From the NCBI GenBank assembly GCA_964367935.1, contig CAYIYZ010000005.1, positions 77,215 through 141,214 of the forward strand: 64,000 bases of DNA, in the 5' to 3' direction. A program made the translations under genes and the position numbers. The notes beneath the pieces were generated by a model that was given only the letters and a program-made list of their open reading frames with translations, made no database searches and was not told the DNA's origin. The DNA comes from an uncultured Oscillospiraceae bacterium (GTDB taxonomy: Bacteria; Bacillota; Clostridia; Oscillospirales; Oscillospiraceae). Of the stretch, positions 56,068 to 64,000 are shown one piece after another (the first letter of the stretch is position 1; each line of letters starts with the position of its first letter).

Positions 56068-56105
56068 GAAAAGAGACACCTTTCTCACAAAAGGTGTCTC
56101 TTTTT
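56068..56105. terminator. Terminator hairpin, copy B of the 38-nt direct repeat
   Basis: Identical to 55829-55866. It ends at the first base of the stop codon of the minus-strand response-regulator gene (1-nt overlap at 56105). Confidence 0.8.
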
Positions 56106-56776
56106 TATTCTACTTCGTGCAAAGTATATCCTTTTTGACGTTCCGACACAATTTGTAGCTTGCACCCTACATCTAACAACTTAGATTTTACTCTTGACAC
56201 CAAAACCCTAAGTGCATTGTAATCATCAACCGAAGGATAACCCCACACTTTTTGATACAGCTCTCCGCGACTTATCTGCTCTCCTTTTTTGTCCACAAGC
56301 AGCCACAAAAGCAGTAACTCTCTTTTAGTCAACAACAAGTCCTTATTATCGTAACGAGCAATTCCGCTTACATTGTCAATTTGCAGCTTGCCCAGAGTAC
56401 ACATAGTTACTTGTGAGCGTGCCGAGCGCAACCTTGCCTTAATTCTCGCTACTAACACATCTAAATCGTATGGTTTTGTCATATAGTCATCGCCACCAGC
56501 ATTTAGACCTTTTACTATATCACTATTCTCACCCATGGCTGTTAAAAACAAAATCGGGACATCTTGCTGCGCTTTTATCTTCTTGCAAATATCTATCCCA
56601 TTTCCATCAGGGAGGTCGATGTCAAGCACAATTAAATCCACTCTTGAGCGCTCAAGCGCATTGAAGCAGCCTTGTGCAGTCGTTACACTATAGGTAGTAT
56701 ACCCCTCGCTCGCCAAGGCTTGCCTATTAATATTATTTAAATGTGGATCATCCTCCACGAGTAGTATATTCGCCAT
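56105..56776 (-). CDS. OmpR-family response regulator
   Basis: The start is moved to ATG 56776 (MANILLVEDDPHL; RBS AAGGAG), 4 nt after the kinase stop. It has DLIVLDIDLPDGNG and a winged-helix C-terminus (LTKRELLLLWLL). Confidence 0.9.
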   Translation of the reverse strand: MANILLVEDDPHLNNINRQALASEGYTTYSVTTAQGCFNALERSRVDLIVLDIDLPDGNGIDICKKIKAQQDVPILFLTAMGENSDIVKGLNAGGDDYMTKPYDLDVLVARIKARLRSARSQVTMCTLGKLQIDNVSGIARYDNKDLLLTKRELLLLWLLVDKKGEQISRGELYQKVWGYPSVDDYNALRVLVSRVKSKLLDVGCKLQIVSERQKGYTLHEVE

Positions 56777-56780
56777 ATTG

Positions 56781-58727
56781 TCACTCCTTGCTTTTAAATA
56801 TCGGGATGCTGATCTTGAAAACAGCACCTTGCTTATTGTCATTCATCAAAATAATATCGCCCTTATGTAGCTCAGCTATTTCTTTGCATATTGAAAGCCC
56901 CAAACCCTTTGTGCCGTCTGTGGTAAAGCCTTTTTTGAAGATATTCTCCTCGTTTTCCTTTGAAACTCCGGTTCCTGTATCGCTGACGAACAATTCCATA
57001 TTATTTCCATCGAGCGCCTCTTTAGCTTCAATAGTAAATTTTCCGTTTTTCATATGCTTATTACTATTTATTGCGAGGTTTATCATCATTTGTACGAGCA
57101 TCTCCATGTTCCCGATTATGTGCTGTTCAGTATTGCCCTTAATATTTAAACTGTTGCCCCTCTTCTCCAAAATACCCTTGCACACTGCAGAAGCATAGTG
57201 TAAGTATTCCGCTACCGATATCTCATTAAACTCCTCATCTGAAATCGGTGTTGTTGGCATTTCCATCAGATTCATCACCAGTTCGGAAAGCCTTTTCGCT
57301 TCAGATGAAATCACTCGTAAATTCAGTGTAGTCTCCGCTGTTACTTCATCATTTTCAATTTGCTTATTTGTTAACTGCGCATACCCGCTCATAATCGCAA
57401 GCGGTGTTTTAATCTCATGAGCCATTTTATGGAAAAAGTCCGTCTTCATATTATTTGTTCGCTCAAGTTGATCCGCATTTCTAGCAATCTCACGCTCCCT
57501 TGTTTGTGACAGAATAAGCTCACGCTCCGTGCGTGAAAATTGAATAGTTAGTGCTATAGCATTAAAAAACACAACAAGTATGGTTAGATACGGCTGCACA
57601 TACCAAGAAAGCCCCTGATAGGTTAATGCTTCTACCAACCAAGATATAAGCACACAAACGACACTTAGAGACACAATAATATTTTCTTTATACACAAAAA
57701 CCTTACACCGATACCCCTTGTACAAAATGTAGATTGAGAGCATCACTAAAATTACCGTAATGTACAGACCTATAAAAAAAACATATTTCGTATAAAAAGT
57801 AGACGGTGTAAATATATAAAACAATGAAATTGCTCCAAAACTACCGTAGTTAAATAACTTCATCCATCTTGACATTTTAATCTTGATTACAGACATCACA
57901 TGAGTAAATAAAAAGAAGTAAAAGCATATGCGCGAAATATATTCAACCTTATGTAAAATATACCACGATAAATCCGGAAGAAACACCATTATATCTTTAC
58001 TGTAGTATATAGAATGGTGTAAAACCGCAGAAAAGCATGTTATTGAAAACCACAGAAAGCTGATTCTTTCCGTATAACTTATAAACATTCCGAAAAAGAA
58101 CATTGCAAACGAGAGTAGTGTGCCAAGTATTAAGCCATTGCTTAATACTTCCGCTCTGTTTCTCTCTACAATCACCTGTTGTTCCGCTAAGTATATATCT
58201 TTTAAATGGCCATATGCGTGATTATGATATGCAAGCTGAATCACTATCTCGCTTGTATCTGTTTCCGGTGTGAAAAATATTGAATAAGAGTCAGTTTTAG
58301 GAGTAAACTGTGCTATATCCTCGCATACTTGTCCAACCTCTGATAATAGTTCTCCATTCACATATACCTTTTGAGAGTAATCTGAAGTGAAACCGGTAAT
58401 TCCATAAGTCTTATCCTTAGGAATATTCAGCTGTATGCGATATGTTCCGTATTTCGCCTCAGATTCTGTGCTTGTGTCGAAAGTTGTAGGAAAATTACCT
58501 GGCTCATACAATTGGCCGGGATACCAGTCAGCTAATTGCGAACTTAGCAACACATATTCTTCACTTAAATCTGCTTGCTCTATTTCAGAAACACTAAGAA
58601 TATCCACTGTACCGGGCTTAAGACCAATAATCAACATATAGAAAAGTGAGGTGATTACAAAAAAACAAATCATAGTAACAACAAAAGAATTGTCGAGAGC
58701 CTTCTTTCGATTACCGGCATTCAGCAT
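56781..58727 (-). CDS. Sensor histidine kinase with 7TMR-DISM-type architecture (extracellular jelly-roll-like domain plus 7 TM)
   Basis: The extracytoplasmic part is YGTYRIQLNIPKDKTYGITGFTSDYSQKVYVNGELL, followed by about 7 TM helices. H-box HEIKTPLAIMSGY and G-box GTKGLGLSI. The gene is AT-rich. Confidence 0.8.
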   Translation of the reverse strand: MLNAGNRKKALDNSFVVTMICFFVITSLFYMLIIGLKPGTVDILSVSEIEQADLSEEYVLLSSQLADWYPGQLYEPGNFPTTFDTSTESEAKYGTYRIQLNIPKDKTYGITGFTSDYSQKVYVNGELLSEVGQVCEDIAQFTPKTDSYSIFFTPETDTSEIVIQLAYHNHAYGHLKDIYLAEQQVIVERNRAEVLSNGLILGTLLSFAMFFFGMFISYTERISFLWFSITCFSAVLHHSIYYSKDIMVFLPDLSWYILHKVEYISRICFYFFLFTHVMSVIKIKMSRWMKLFNYGSFGAISLFYIFTPSTFYTKYVFFIGLYITVILVMLSIYILYKGYRCKVFVYKENIIVSLSVVCVLISWLVEALTYQGLSWYVQPYLTILVVFFNAIALTIQFSRTERELILSQTREREIARNADQLERTNNMKTDFFHKMAHEIKTPLAIMSGYAQLTNKQIENDEVTAETTLNLRVISSEAKRLSELVMNLMEMPTTPISDEEFNEISVAEYLHYASAVCKGILEKRGNSLNIKGNTEQHIIGNMEMLVQMMINLAINSNKHMKNGKFTIEAKEALDGNNMELFVSDTGTGVSKENEENIFKKGFTTDGTKGLGLSICKEIAELHKGDIILMNDNKQGAVFKISIPIFKSKE

Positions 58728-58895
58728 TTAATCGCCTTCCTTTCTAATGACTAAAAAATTAATAATTTTATTTATAATACAACTAACCACACTCTCTTTG
58801 CAATCATTTTGTATATCCATTTATAATTTTAATTATATTTTATCTCATATTATGCCAAGTGTTTCTATCAAAACATACTATATCAATCTTAACAC

Positions 58896-58930
58896 AAAAG
58901 AAAGAGATAGCACAGCTATCTCTTTCTTTT
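58896..58930. terminator. Symmetric terminator after the ABC operon
   Basis: AAAAGAAAGAGATAGCacaGCTATCTCTTTCTTTT. Confidence 0.8.
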
Positions 58931-58988
58931 AATGATATATTTCACTTATTTCATTCCCATATAATACCTGAGTATGCTCTCAAGCATA

Positions 58989-59657
58989 TCACGAATGATA
59001 CTTGATATGCCCATCTGATATACGTACTACCCTATCTGCATTTTTCGCTATATGCTCATCGTGCGTTATCATCACTATTGTATTTCCCATTTTATGAAGA
59101 TCTGAAAAAAGCTCCATAACTTCCATGCCAGTCTTACTGTCAAGCGCACCCGTTGGTTCATCCGCTAGTAATATATCCGGTTTGCCCACCAAGGCTCTCG
59201 CTATCGCCACCCTCTGTTGCTGTCCGCCCGACAGTTCACTCGGTCTGTGCTTTAGCCTATCCGTCAAGCCCAGAAGCTCCAGCGTCTCCGCACTTTGCTC
59301 TGTCGCCTTGCGCCTTGACATACCTCTCGTGAGCAGGGGCATTATTACGTTCTGCTGTAAACTGTAGGTCGGTATAAGCTGATACTTCTGAAATATGAAA
59401 CCTATCTTTTCATTTCGCAGTCTTGTCAGCGCTTCACCTTTCTTACCATGCACCTCCGTACCGCCCAACACATATTCGCCCGAATCCCACACATCCATGC
59501 AACCTATTATATTCATGAGCGTAGATTTACCCGACCCCGACGGTCCCAGTATGGCAACAAACTCGCCCTGAGCTACGCTTAAATCCACTGAGTGCAAGAC
59601 TGTCAAATTCTCCTGCCCCGTCTTATAGCTCTTTACTATATTCTGCATCTTTATCAT
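58989..59657 (-). CDS. ABC transporter ATP-binding protein (MacB/LolD-type)
   Basis: Walker A GPSGSGKSTLMN, signature LSGGQQQRVAIARAL and Walker B ILLADEPTGALD. The start is set at ATG 59657. Confidence 0.9.
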   Translation of the reverse strand: MIKMQNIVKSYKTGQENLTVLHSVDLSVAQGEFVAILGPSGSGKSTLMNIIGCMDVWDSGEYVLGGTEVHGKKGEALTRLRNEKIGFIFQKYQLIPTYSLQQNVIMPLLTRGMSRRKATEQSAETLELLGLTDRLKHRPSELSGGQQQRVAIARALVGKPDILLADEPTGALDSKTGMEVMELFSDLHKMGNTIVMITHDEHIAKNADRVVRISDGHIKYHS

Positions 59658-59661
59658 ATCG

Positions 59662-60363
59662 TCACCCCAAAACACTCACTGCAGTTACTGCGCCCTCCGC
59701 ATCCATTGATACGGAAATATACATGCCCTCCGTTATCTGCGTAAAGCTTATCTCAGTTCCCATCTGCGTAACGGGAACACCGACAGGTATGTAAAAACTC
59801 AGTTCCTCTTCCGTTAGCTCTATGCTCTCTGATATATCCTCTGTTTCCAACATGGACGCGCCGCCACTCATTACTCCGCCGCCTGCTCCGCTTCCTCCGA
59901 ACTGCTCACGCATCGCCTCCATGTCGACATCGCCCATGTCTCCGCCGCCGGCACCGGCAAACTGCTCTCGCATAGCTTCTACATCTACATCACCCATGTC
60001 AACGCGCTCGCCAGTGCCCATGCCCTCCGGGATGCTCATCTCTCCGCCGCCTTCACCGACTGCTCCCTCAGGGCGTGTTTCGCCACCTGTCGCACCTGCA
60101 CCGCCCATATTGCCCACTGCAGTTTCCATTTCGCCTACGAGCATTACTATCTCATTTCCGTAGACCTCCGTGACCTGTCCTACTGTCGCTTTGTTTCCCT
60201 GTGCGCCCTGTGCCATCCCCGCAGTGCCGTCGGGCGCTTCACTTTCCATTGCGACACTGCTCTCTGTAGCTTCCGGCGATGACTCCGCCACCGCTCCTTC
60301 TTCTCCGCAGGCTGTCAGCAGCATCATAAACATACATACCACAAACACTAACTTATTTCTCAT
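59662..60363 (-). CDS. Acidic Gly/Met-rich lipoprotein with an internal tandem repeat
   Basis: The start is moved to ATG 60363 (AGGAGA 6 nt upstream), giving MRNKLVFVVCMFMMLLTACGEE with a lipobox LTAC. The repeat is GDVDVEAMREQFAGAGGG / GDVDMEAMREQFGGSGAGGG. Confidence 0.65.
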   Translation of the reverse strand: MRNKLVFVVCMFMMLLTACGEEGAVAESSPEATESSVAMESEAPDGTAGMAQGAQGNKATVGQVTEVYGNEIVMLVGEMETAVGNMGGAGATGGETRPEGAVGEGGGEMSIPEGMGTGERVDMGDVDVEAMREQFAGAGGGDMGDVDMEAMREQFGGSGAGGGVMSGGASMLETEDISESIELTEEELSFYIPVGVPVTQMGTEISFTQITEGMYISVSMDAEGAVTAVSVLG

Positions 60364-60373
60364 GACCATTCTC

Positions 60374-61705
60374 CTATTCATTGTTAAGCGCCTTTATAGG
60401 CACAAGATTAGATGCCTTAAATGCCGGGTAAAACCCGAACAAGGTGCCCGTAACCACAGCAAAGGCAAAGGCAAGTACCACAGATCCGCTCGTCATCACC
60501 ACAGTCATATCCAAGTATTCCATAAGTGGCATTACAGCATAGCCTAATATAACGCCGAACACACCGCCGATAAAGCCAATCATCGCCGCCTCTGTTAAAA
60601 ACAGCATAAGTATGTCAAGCTTCTTCGTGCCTATAGCCTTAAGTACACCTATCTCCCTCGTGCGCTCCTTTACCGACACGAACAACACATTCATTATTCC
60701 AATTCCACCCACGACAAAGACCAAGACGGCAACCGCAAGAAGTAGCATGGATAAGGTGTTAGCCGACTGCATAGCCGCATCCATAGTAGCGCCCGCGTCT
60801 GTCACGGAATAGGTCGCATCGGGATTAGATTGATTTAATACCAACTCTACATTCTCCATGACCGTGGGCACGGCGTCCACGTCCGTCGCCAATATTGAAA
60901 ACTGTGGACTTGTACTCGCATCCAAAAGGTACTTATCAGCTGTCGTATATGGCATAAACACACTGTCATCGGGGTTGATGCCCGACACGACCGTGCCCAC
61001 CTGTGAGAGCACTCCGTTTACCACATAACTGCGCCCGTCTATCTCCACCATGCTATCATAAGCACCTTGCAAGGACCCGAATATCTCTGCCGCCACGTTA
61101 TATCCCAAGACCACGCAACGTGTCATATTCTCGTTGTCCTCGTCCGTTATAAAGCTACCTATTGCCGGTGTGAGATTCGATATCTCCTGATAACTCTCCT
61201 CCGTGCCGACTATGGTGAAACTCACCGCTTCCTCCATGTCGCCACCGATTACCTCACTATCTGTCGTCGCTGTTATTGCTCCCGTCACTATATCCGGCAC
61301 AAAGAAAAATATGTCCTCTAAATCCTCTTGGCTTAGCTTGTTGTCCTCCATCTGCAGCATCATGGTACTGCTGCCGCCGCGTGAGGAGCTTCCGCCACCG
61401 CCCATAGCGGAACTGATCAGTGCTCCACCACCTACTGAGCCGCCACCTGACATGCCGCCGCCTGACATGCCACCGCCGCCCATCATGCCCATGTCCATCA
61501 TGGCAGAGCCGCTCGAAACTGTTATTGTCCCTGCATTTAGGGTCTTATACTGCTCCGCCACGTCCTGCTTGCCGCCCTCACCTATCGCTATGACCATCAC
61601 TATCGTCGCTGAGCCCATTATGATCCCTAAAGACGTCAAAAACACCTTGAACTTATTCTGCTTTATATTGATGAGCACTAACCTCAGTATCTCACTCGGA
61701 CGCAC
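60374..61705 (-). CDS. ABC transporter permease (MacB-type FtsX fold) with a Gly/Met-rich insert in the extracytoplasmic domain
   Basis: TM1, a large extracytoplasmic domain and three C-terminal TM helices (FtsX-like: VKERTREIGVLKAIG). The low-complexity insert is MMDMGMMGGGGMSGGGMSGGGSVGGG...MGGGGSSSRGGSS at 61358-61510. The GTG start overlaps the adaptor gene by 14 nt. Confidence 0.85.
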   Translation of the reverse strand: MRPSEILRLVLINIKQNKFKVFLTSLGIIMGSATIVMVIAIGEGGKQDVAEQYKTLNAGTITVSSGSAMMDMGMMGGGGMSGGGMSGGGSVGGGALISSAMGGGGSSSRGGSSTMMLQMEDNKLSQEDLEDIFFFVPDIVTGAITATTDSEVIGGDMEEAVSFTIVGTEESYQEISNLTPAIGSFITDEDNENMTRCVVLGYNVAAEIFGSLQGAYDSMVEIDGRSYVVNGVLSQVGTVVSGINPDDSVFMPYTTADKYLLDASTSPQFSILATDVDAVPTVMENVELVLNQSNPDATYSVTDAGATMDAAMQSANTLSMLLLAVAVLVFVVGGIGIMNVLFVSVKERTREIGVLKAIGTKKLDILMLFLTEAAMIGFIGGVFGVILGYAVMPLMEYLDMTVVMTSGSVVLAFAFAVVTGTLFGFYPAFKASNLVPIKALNNE

Positions 61706-63380
61706 TTGTCAACACCACGCTTTCGATTAGCACAACATCACCCTCTGCCAAACCTTCTATTATTTCTACGTCAAAGCCGTCTGAGAAGCCTGTCACTACC
61801 TCTACCATCTGCACGGTACCCATATCGTCATACATTTTGACATAGCTCTTGCCGTCCTCTATTATTATGCACTTATTTGACACTATAAGCACTTCTTCCT
61901 TCTGGCGCTCTATGAATGTAACCTCAGCTGTCATTCCTTCGTAGATCACACAATCCTGATATTCACTTAAATCGCACAGTACGGTTACCGTATAGTTTAC
62001 AGAGCTCGTCATACCGCCCGAAGGTGTAATGGATATGCTGTCCACTATCGCCGATATTACCACATCTTCATAGGCATCAAAGCTGATATTCACAGGCATA
62101 TCTATATTTATATCCGCTATATCTTCCTGTGGTATACTCACCGATAGATACACCGCTGTACTATCTGCTATGCTTATGAGTGATGAGTTCGTATTAAGCT
62201 CATCGCCAACATCTGCTAAGCTCATCACATAGCCCGAGCAGGGTGCTAACACTTCACCGTCCGTGCGCATCGCCTCTATCTCCGCAAGCTCATCTACAAG
62301 GTCGTTTACCTTTATCTGCGCTGAGCTTATATCGTTATTCGCTGTCGCCACCGAATTATTGTACTGTGCCTGCGCATTATTGTAATCGTACATGATTGAA
62401 TCATAATCAGCGTCTATCTTCGCCTGTGCCCCTTCCATACTCGCTTCGTAATCCTCGAGTTCCTCTAACTTATCCGCTATCTGCTCTTCTAACTCCGCTA
62501 CCTTCTCATCTAGACTGTCATAACCATCTGCATAGCTCTCCACGAGATCTGAGAGCTCATCCTCTTTGTTATCTAGTTGTTCTTCCAAAGCGTCCAACTC
62601 ATCTATTAATTTTTCCACATCGACAGTCGTCCCGCCGCTTCCGGATTCGCCTGTACTATCATCTGAGGACGATGCTGCATTAATCTCTTCGTACTTATCA
62701 TCTATATCAAATTCAAGCTCTTGTATTTCGTCCTCTAAGTCCTGCACTGCCTCATTATAGTTCTCTTCATATTCATCGTAGTCGTCTGCAAGTAGTAGCA
62801 ACATTTCGTCCTCTAAGTCCGCTAAGTCATCTAAAATATCTTGATAGCCATCCTGCAAGTTCTGACTACTCTGTGTGTGCTCGTACTGCGCCGACTCACC
62901 GTCTAATACACTTGTATTGTAGTCCTGCTCTGCGTCAAACTTTTGACTGTTAGCTGACAGCACCGCTTTTTCCAAACTTAACTGCGCATCCTGAAGCTCA
63001 AGCAAAACATCATCATAGCTATCAGAAAAATTTTGTGTGTCAATAGTCGCTACAACCTGTCCTTCCTCCACATACTCACCTGGACGCACGTACACTTCAA
63101 GCACCTCGGTTTCAAACTCAAAACTCAAGCTCGTATCAAAGAGGCTGGCACTGCCAAGCTCCGTCACACCGACTACAATGTCGCCTCGTATAACTTCCTC
63201 CTCTTTATATTGGTTAATGGCATTTGCCGCCTCATCTGCCTGTGCCTGTGTCGCCAGAGTGTTAAAGCCAACTACAGTCACCGTCACAGCGAGCGCCGCC
63301 GCTGAAACGGATATGTATATGCCCTTCTTATAACTGCCTAACTTTGATGTTTTCATCTTCTCGGATACGGATTTTTTCAT
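61692..63380 (-). CDS. HlyD/MFP-family periplasmic adaptor with an extended acidic coiled-coil
   Basis: N-terminal anchor, a lipoyl/barrel-sandwich-like start (VGVTELGSASL...VYVRPGEYVEEGQVVATID), a D/E-rich helical hairpin of about 250 aa, and a beta-barrel C-terminus. Confidence 0.8.
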   Translation of the reverse strand: MKKSVSEKMKTSKLGSYKKGIYISVSAAALAVTVTVVGFNTLATQAQADEAANAINQYKEEEVIRGDIVVGVTELGSASLFDTSLSFEFETEVLEVYVRPGEYVEEGQVVATIDTQNFSDSYDDVLLELQDAQLSLEKAVLSANSQKFDAEQDYNTSVLDGESAQYEHTQSSQNLQDGYQDILDDLADLEDEMLLLLADDYDEYEENYNEAVQDLEDEIQELEFDIDDKYEEINAASSSDDSTGESGSGGTTVDVEKLIDELDALEEQLDNKEDELSDLVESYADGYDSLDEKVAELEEQIADKLEELEDYEASMEGAQAKIDADYDSIMYDYNNAQAQYNNSVATANNDISSAQIKVNDLVDELAEIEAMRTDGEVLAPCSGYVMSLADVGDELNTNSSLISIADSTAVYLSVSIPQEDIADINIDMPVNISFDAYEDVVISAIVDSISITPSGGMTSSVNYTVTVLCDLSEYQDCVIYEGMTAEVTFIERQKEEVLIVSNKCIIIEDGKSYVKMYDDMGTVQMVEVVTGFSDGFDVEIIEGLAEGDVVLIESVVLTSASE

Positions 63381-63460
63381 AGTCTGTTCCCCTTAATAAA
63401 ATTTCTATCCATATTCTGCATTTCACTTTTGATATTTTTGTGAGCTAATTGTGAAATAGC

Positions 63461-63497
63461 TAAAAATTTGAGAGCTTGTCGTTCACGACAAGCTCTC
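63461..63497 (-). terminator. Terminator after the partial kinase gene (minus strand)
   Basis: GAGAGCTTGTCGttcaCGACAAGCTCTC. On the minus strand it is followed by AAATTTTTA. Confidence 0.65.
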
Positions 63498-63515
63498 TAT
63501 CTATACGTCTTACAA

Positions 63516-64000
63516 TTAAATTATCGGTAAGCGGAAGCTAAACTCAACGCCCCCGTCTCGGTTTCTGCAAGCGTAACTACCGCCATGCCTATCCACTACC
63601 GTCTTTACTATATGTAGCCCCAGTCCGACATTATTGCCATTTCGTACCCTAGCTTTATCAGACCTATAGAAACTATTCCATATCTTCTCTATCTCGTTCT
63701 CCTCAATATGCTCACCTTTGTTGAACACAAGATATTCAACGAGGCCCTCCGTGCTTTTTAGGCTTATTTCTATTTTGTCGCCCTGCTCCGTATGCTCAAG
63801 TGCATTCAAAATATAGTTTCTCATCGCCTGTTCAAGGTACTTCGCATTGCCTCGCACCTCTATACCACGCTCAGCACTCATTACGAACTCTCGCTCACTC
63901 GTCAAAGGACGCAAAGTATCCATTAGCTGTACCAGCAAATTTGAAATATCCAAGTCCGTCATTTCCATACGTGTCATGCCACTTTCAAGCGCTGATATGT
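63516..64000 (-). CDS. Sensor histidine kinase, C-terminal HATPase_c part; 5' end is outside the window
   Basis: The frame stays open to nt 64000 (…ISALESGMTRMEM). The N-box is ILNALEH and the G-boxes are NVGLGLHIVK. Confidence 0.8.
   Translation of the reverse strand, partial: ISALESGMTRMEMTDLDISNLLVQLMDTLRPLTSEREFVMSAERGIEVRGNAKYLEQAMRNYILNALEHTEQGDKIEISLKSTEGLVEYLVFNKGEHIEENEIEKIWNSFYRSDKARVRNGNNVGLGLHIVKTVVDRHGGSYACRNRDGGVEFSFRLPII

Noticed and set aside
55846-56158. ORFs of 80 aa (minus) and 66 aa (plus) across the 201-bp insert
   Set aside because: They span terminator hairpins and palindromes, have no RBS and have odd composition. The region is better explained as non-coding structured DNA.

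Overview
This 64-kb window is chromosomal DNA, and it looks like it comes from a Gram-positive anaerobe of the Clostridia. That assignment is an inference from the SLH-anchored wall proteins, a class B sortase, the glgC/glgD pair, desulfoferrodoxin and CapA paralogs. G+C is about 45-50% by eye. Most of the window is ordinary housekeeping or metabolism. Named genes are glpK, prfB, prs, pth, glgC-glgD-glgP and tRNA-Leu(UAG). Other ordinary functions are a CarD-like regulator, a 3-hydroxyacyl-CoA dehydrogenase and an Ldh2-family oxidoreductase. Accessory content includes three two-component systems, GGDEF and HD-GYP proteins, and a 2,011-aa LTD/PHP/SLH surface protein. It also includes a sortase B gene next to an NPQTG substrate and a MacAB-like ABC efflux operon with Gly/Met-rich inserts. 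Two small catabolic modules are present: a CoA-transferase/HMGL-like lyase/permease/LacI module and a choline-sulfatase-like/DASS/Crp module. I could not recognise any CRISPR array, reverse transcriptase, integrase, transposase, prophage or known defence system. The most unusual items are listed here:
- tRNA-Leu is followed by two tandem ~98-nt repeats that carry terminators. Next comes an AT-rich orphan cassette of two genes: an HTH-ankyrin-like protein and a 58-aa acidic protein missing from the ORF track.
- A 201-bp structured insert with imperfect terminal inverted repeats lies between two perfect 38-nt copies of a bidirectional terminator.
- The ABC efflux operon carries Gly/Met-rich inserts and an embedded repeat lipoprotein.

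All functional names rest on motifs I recognised by eye in the translations. No searches were run.
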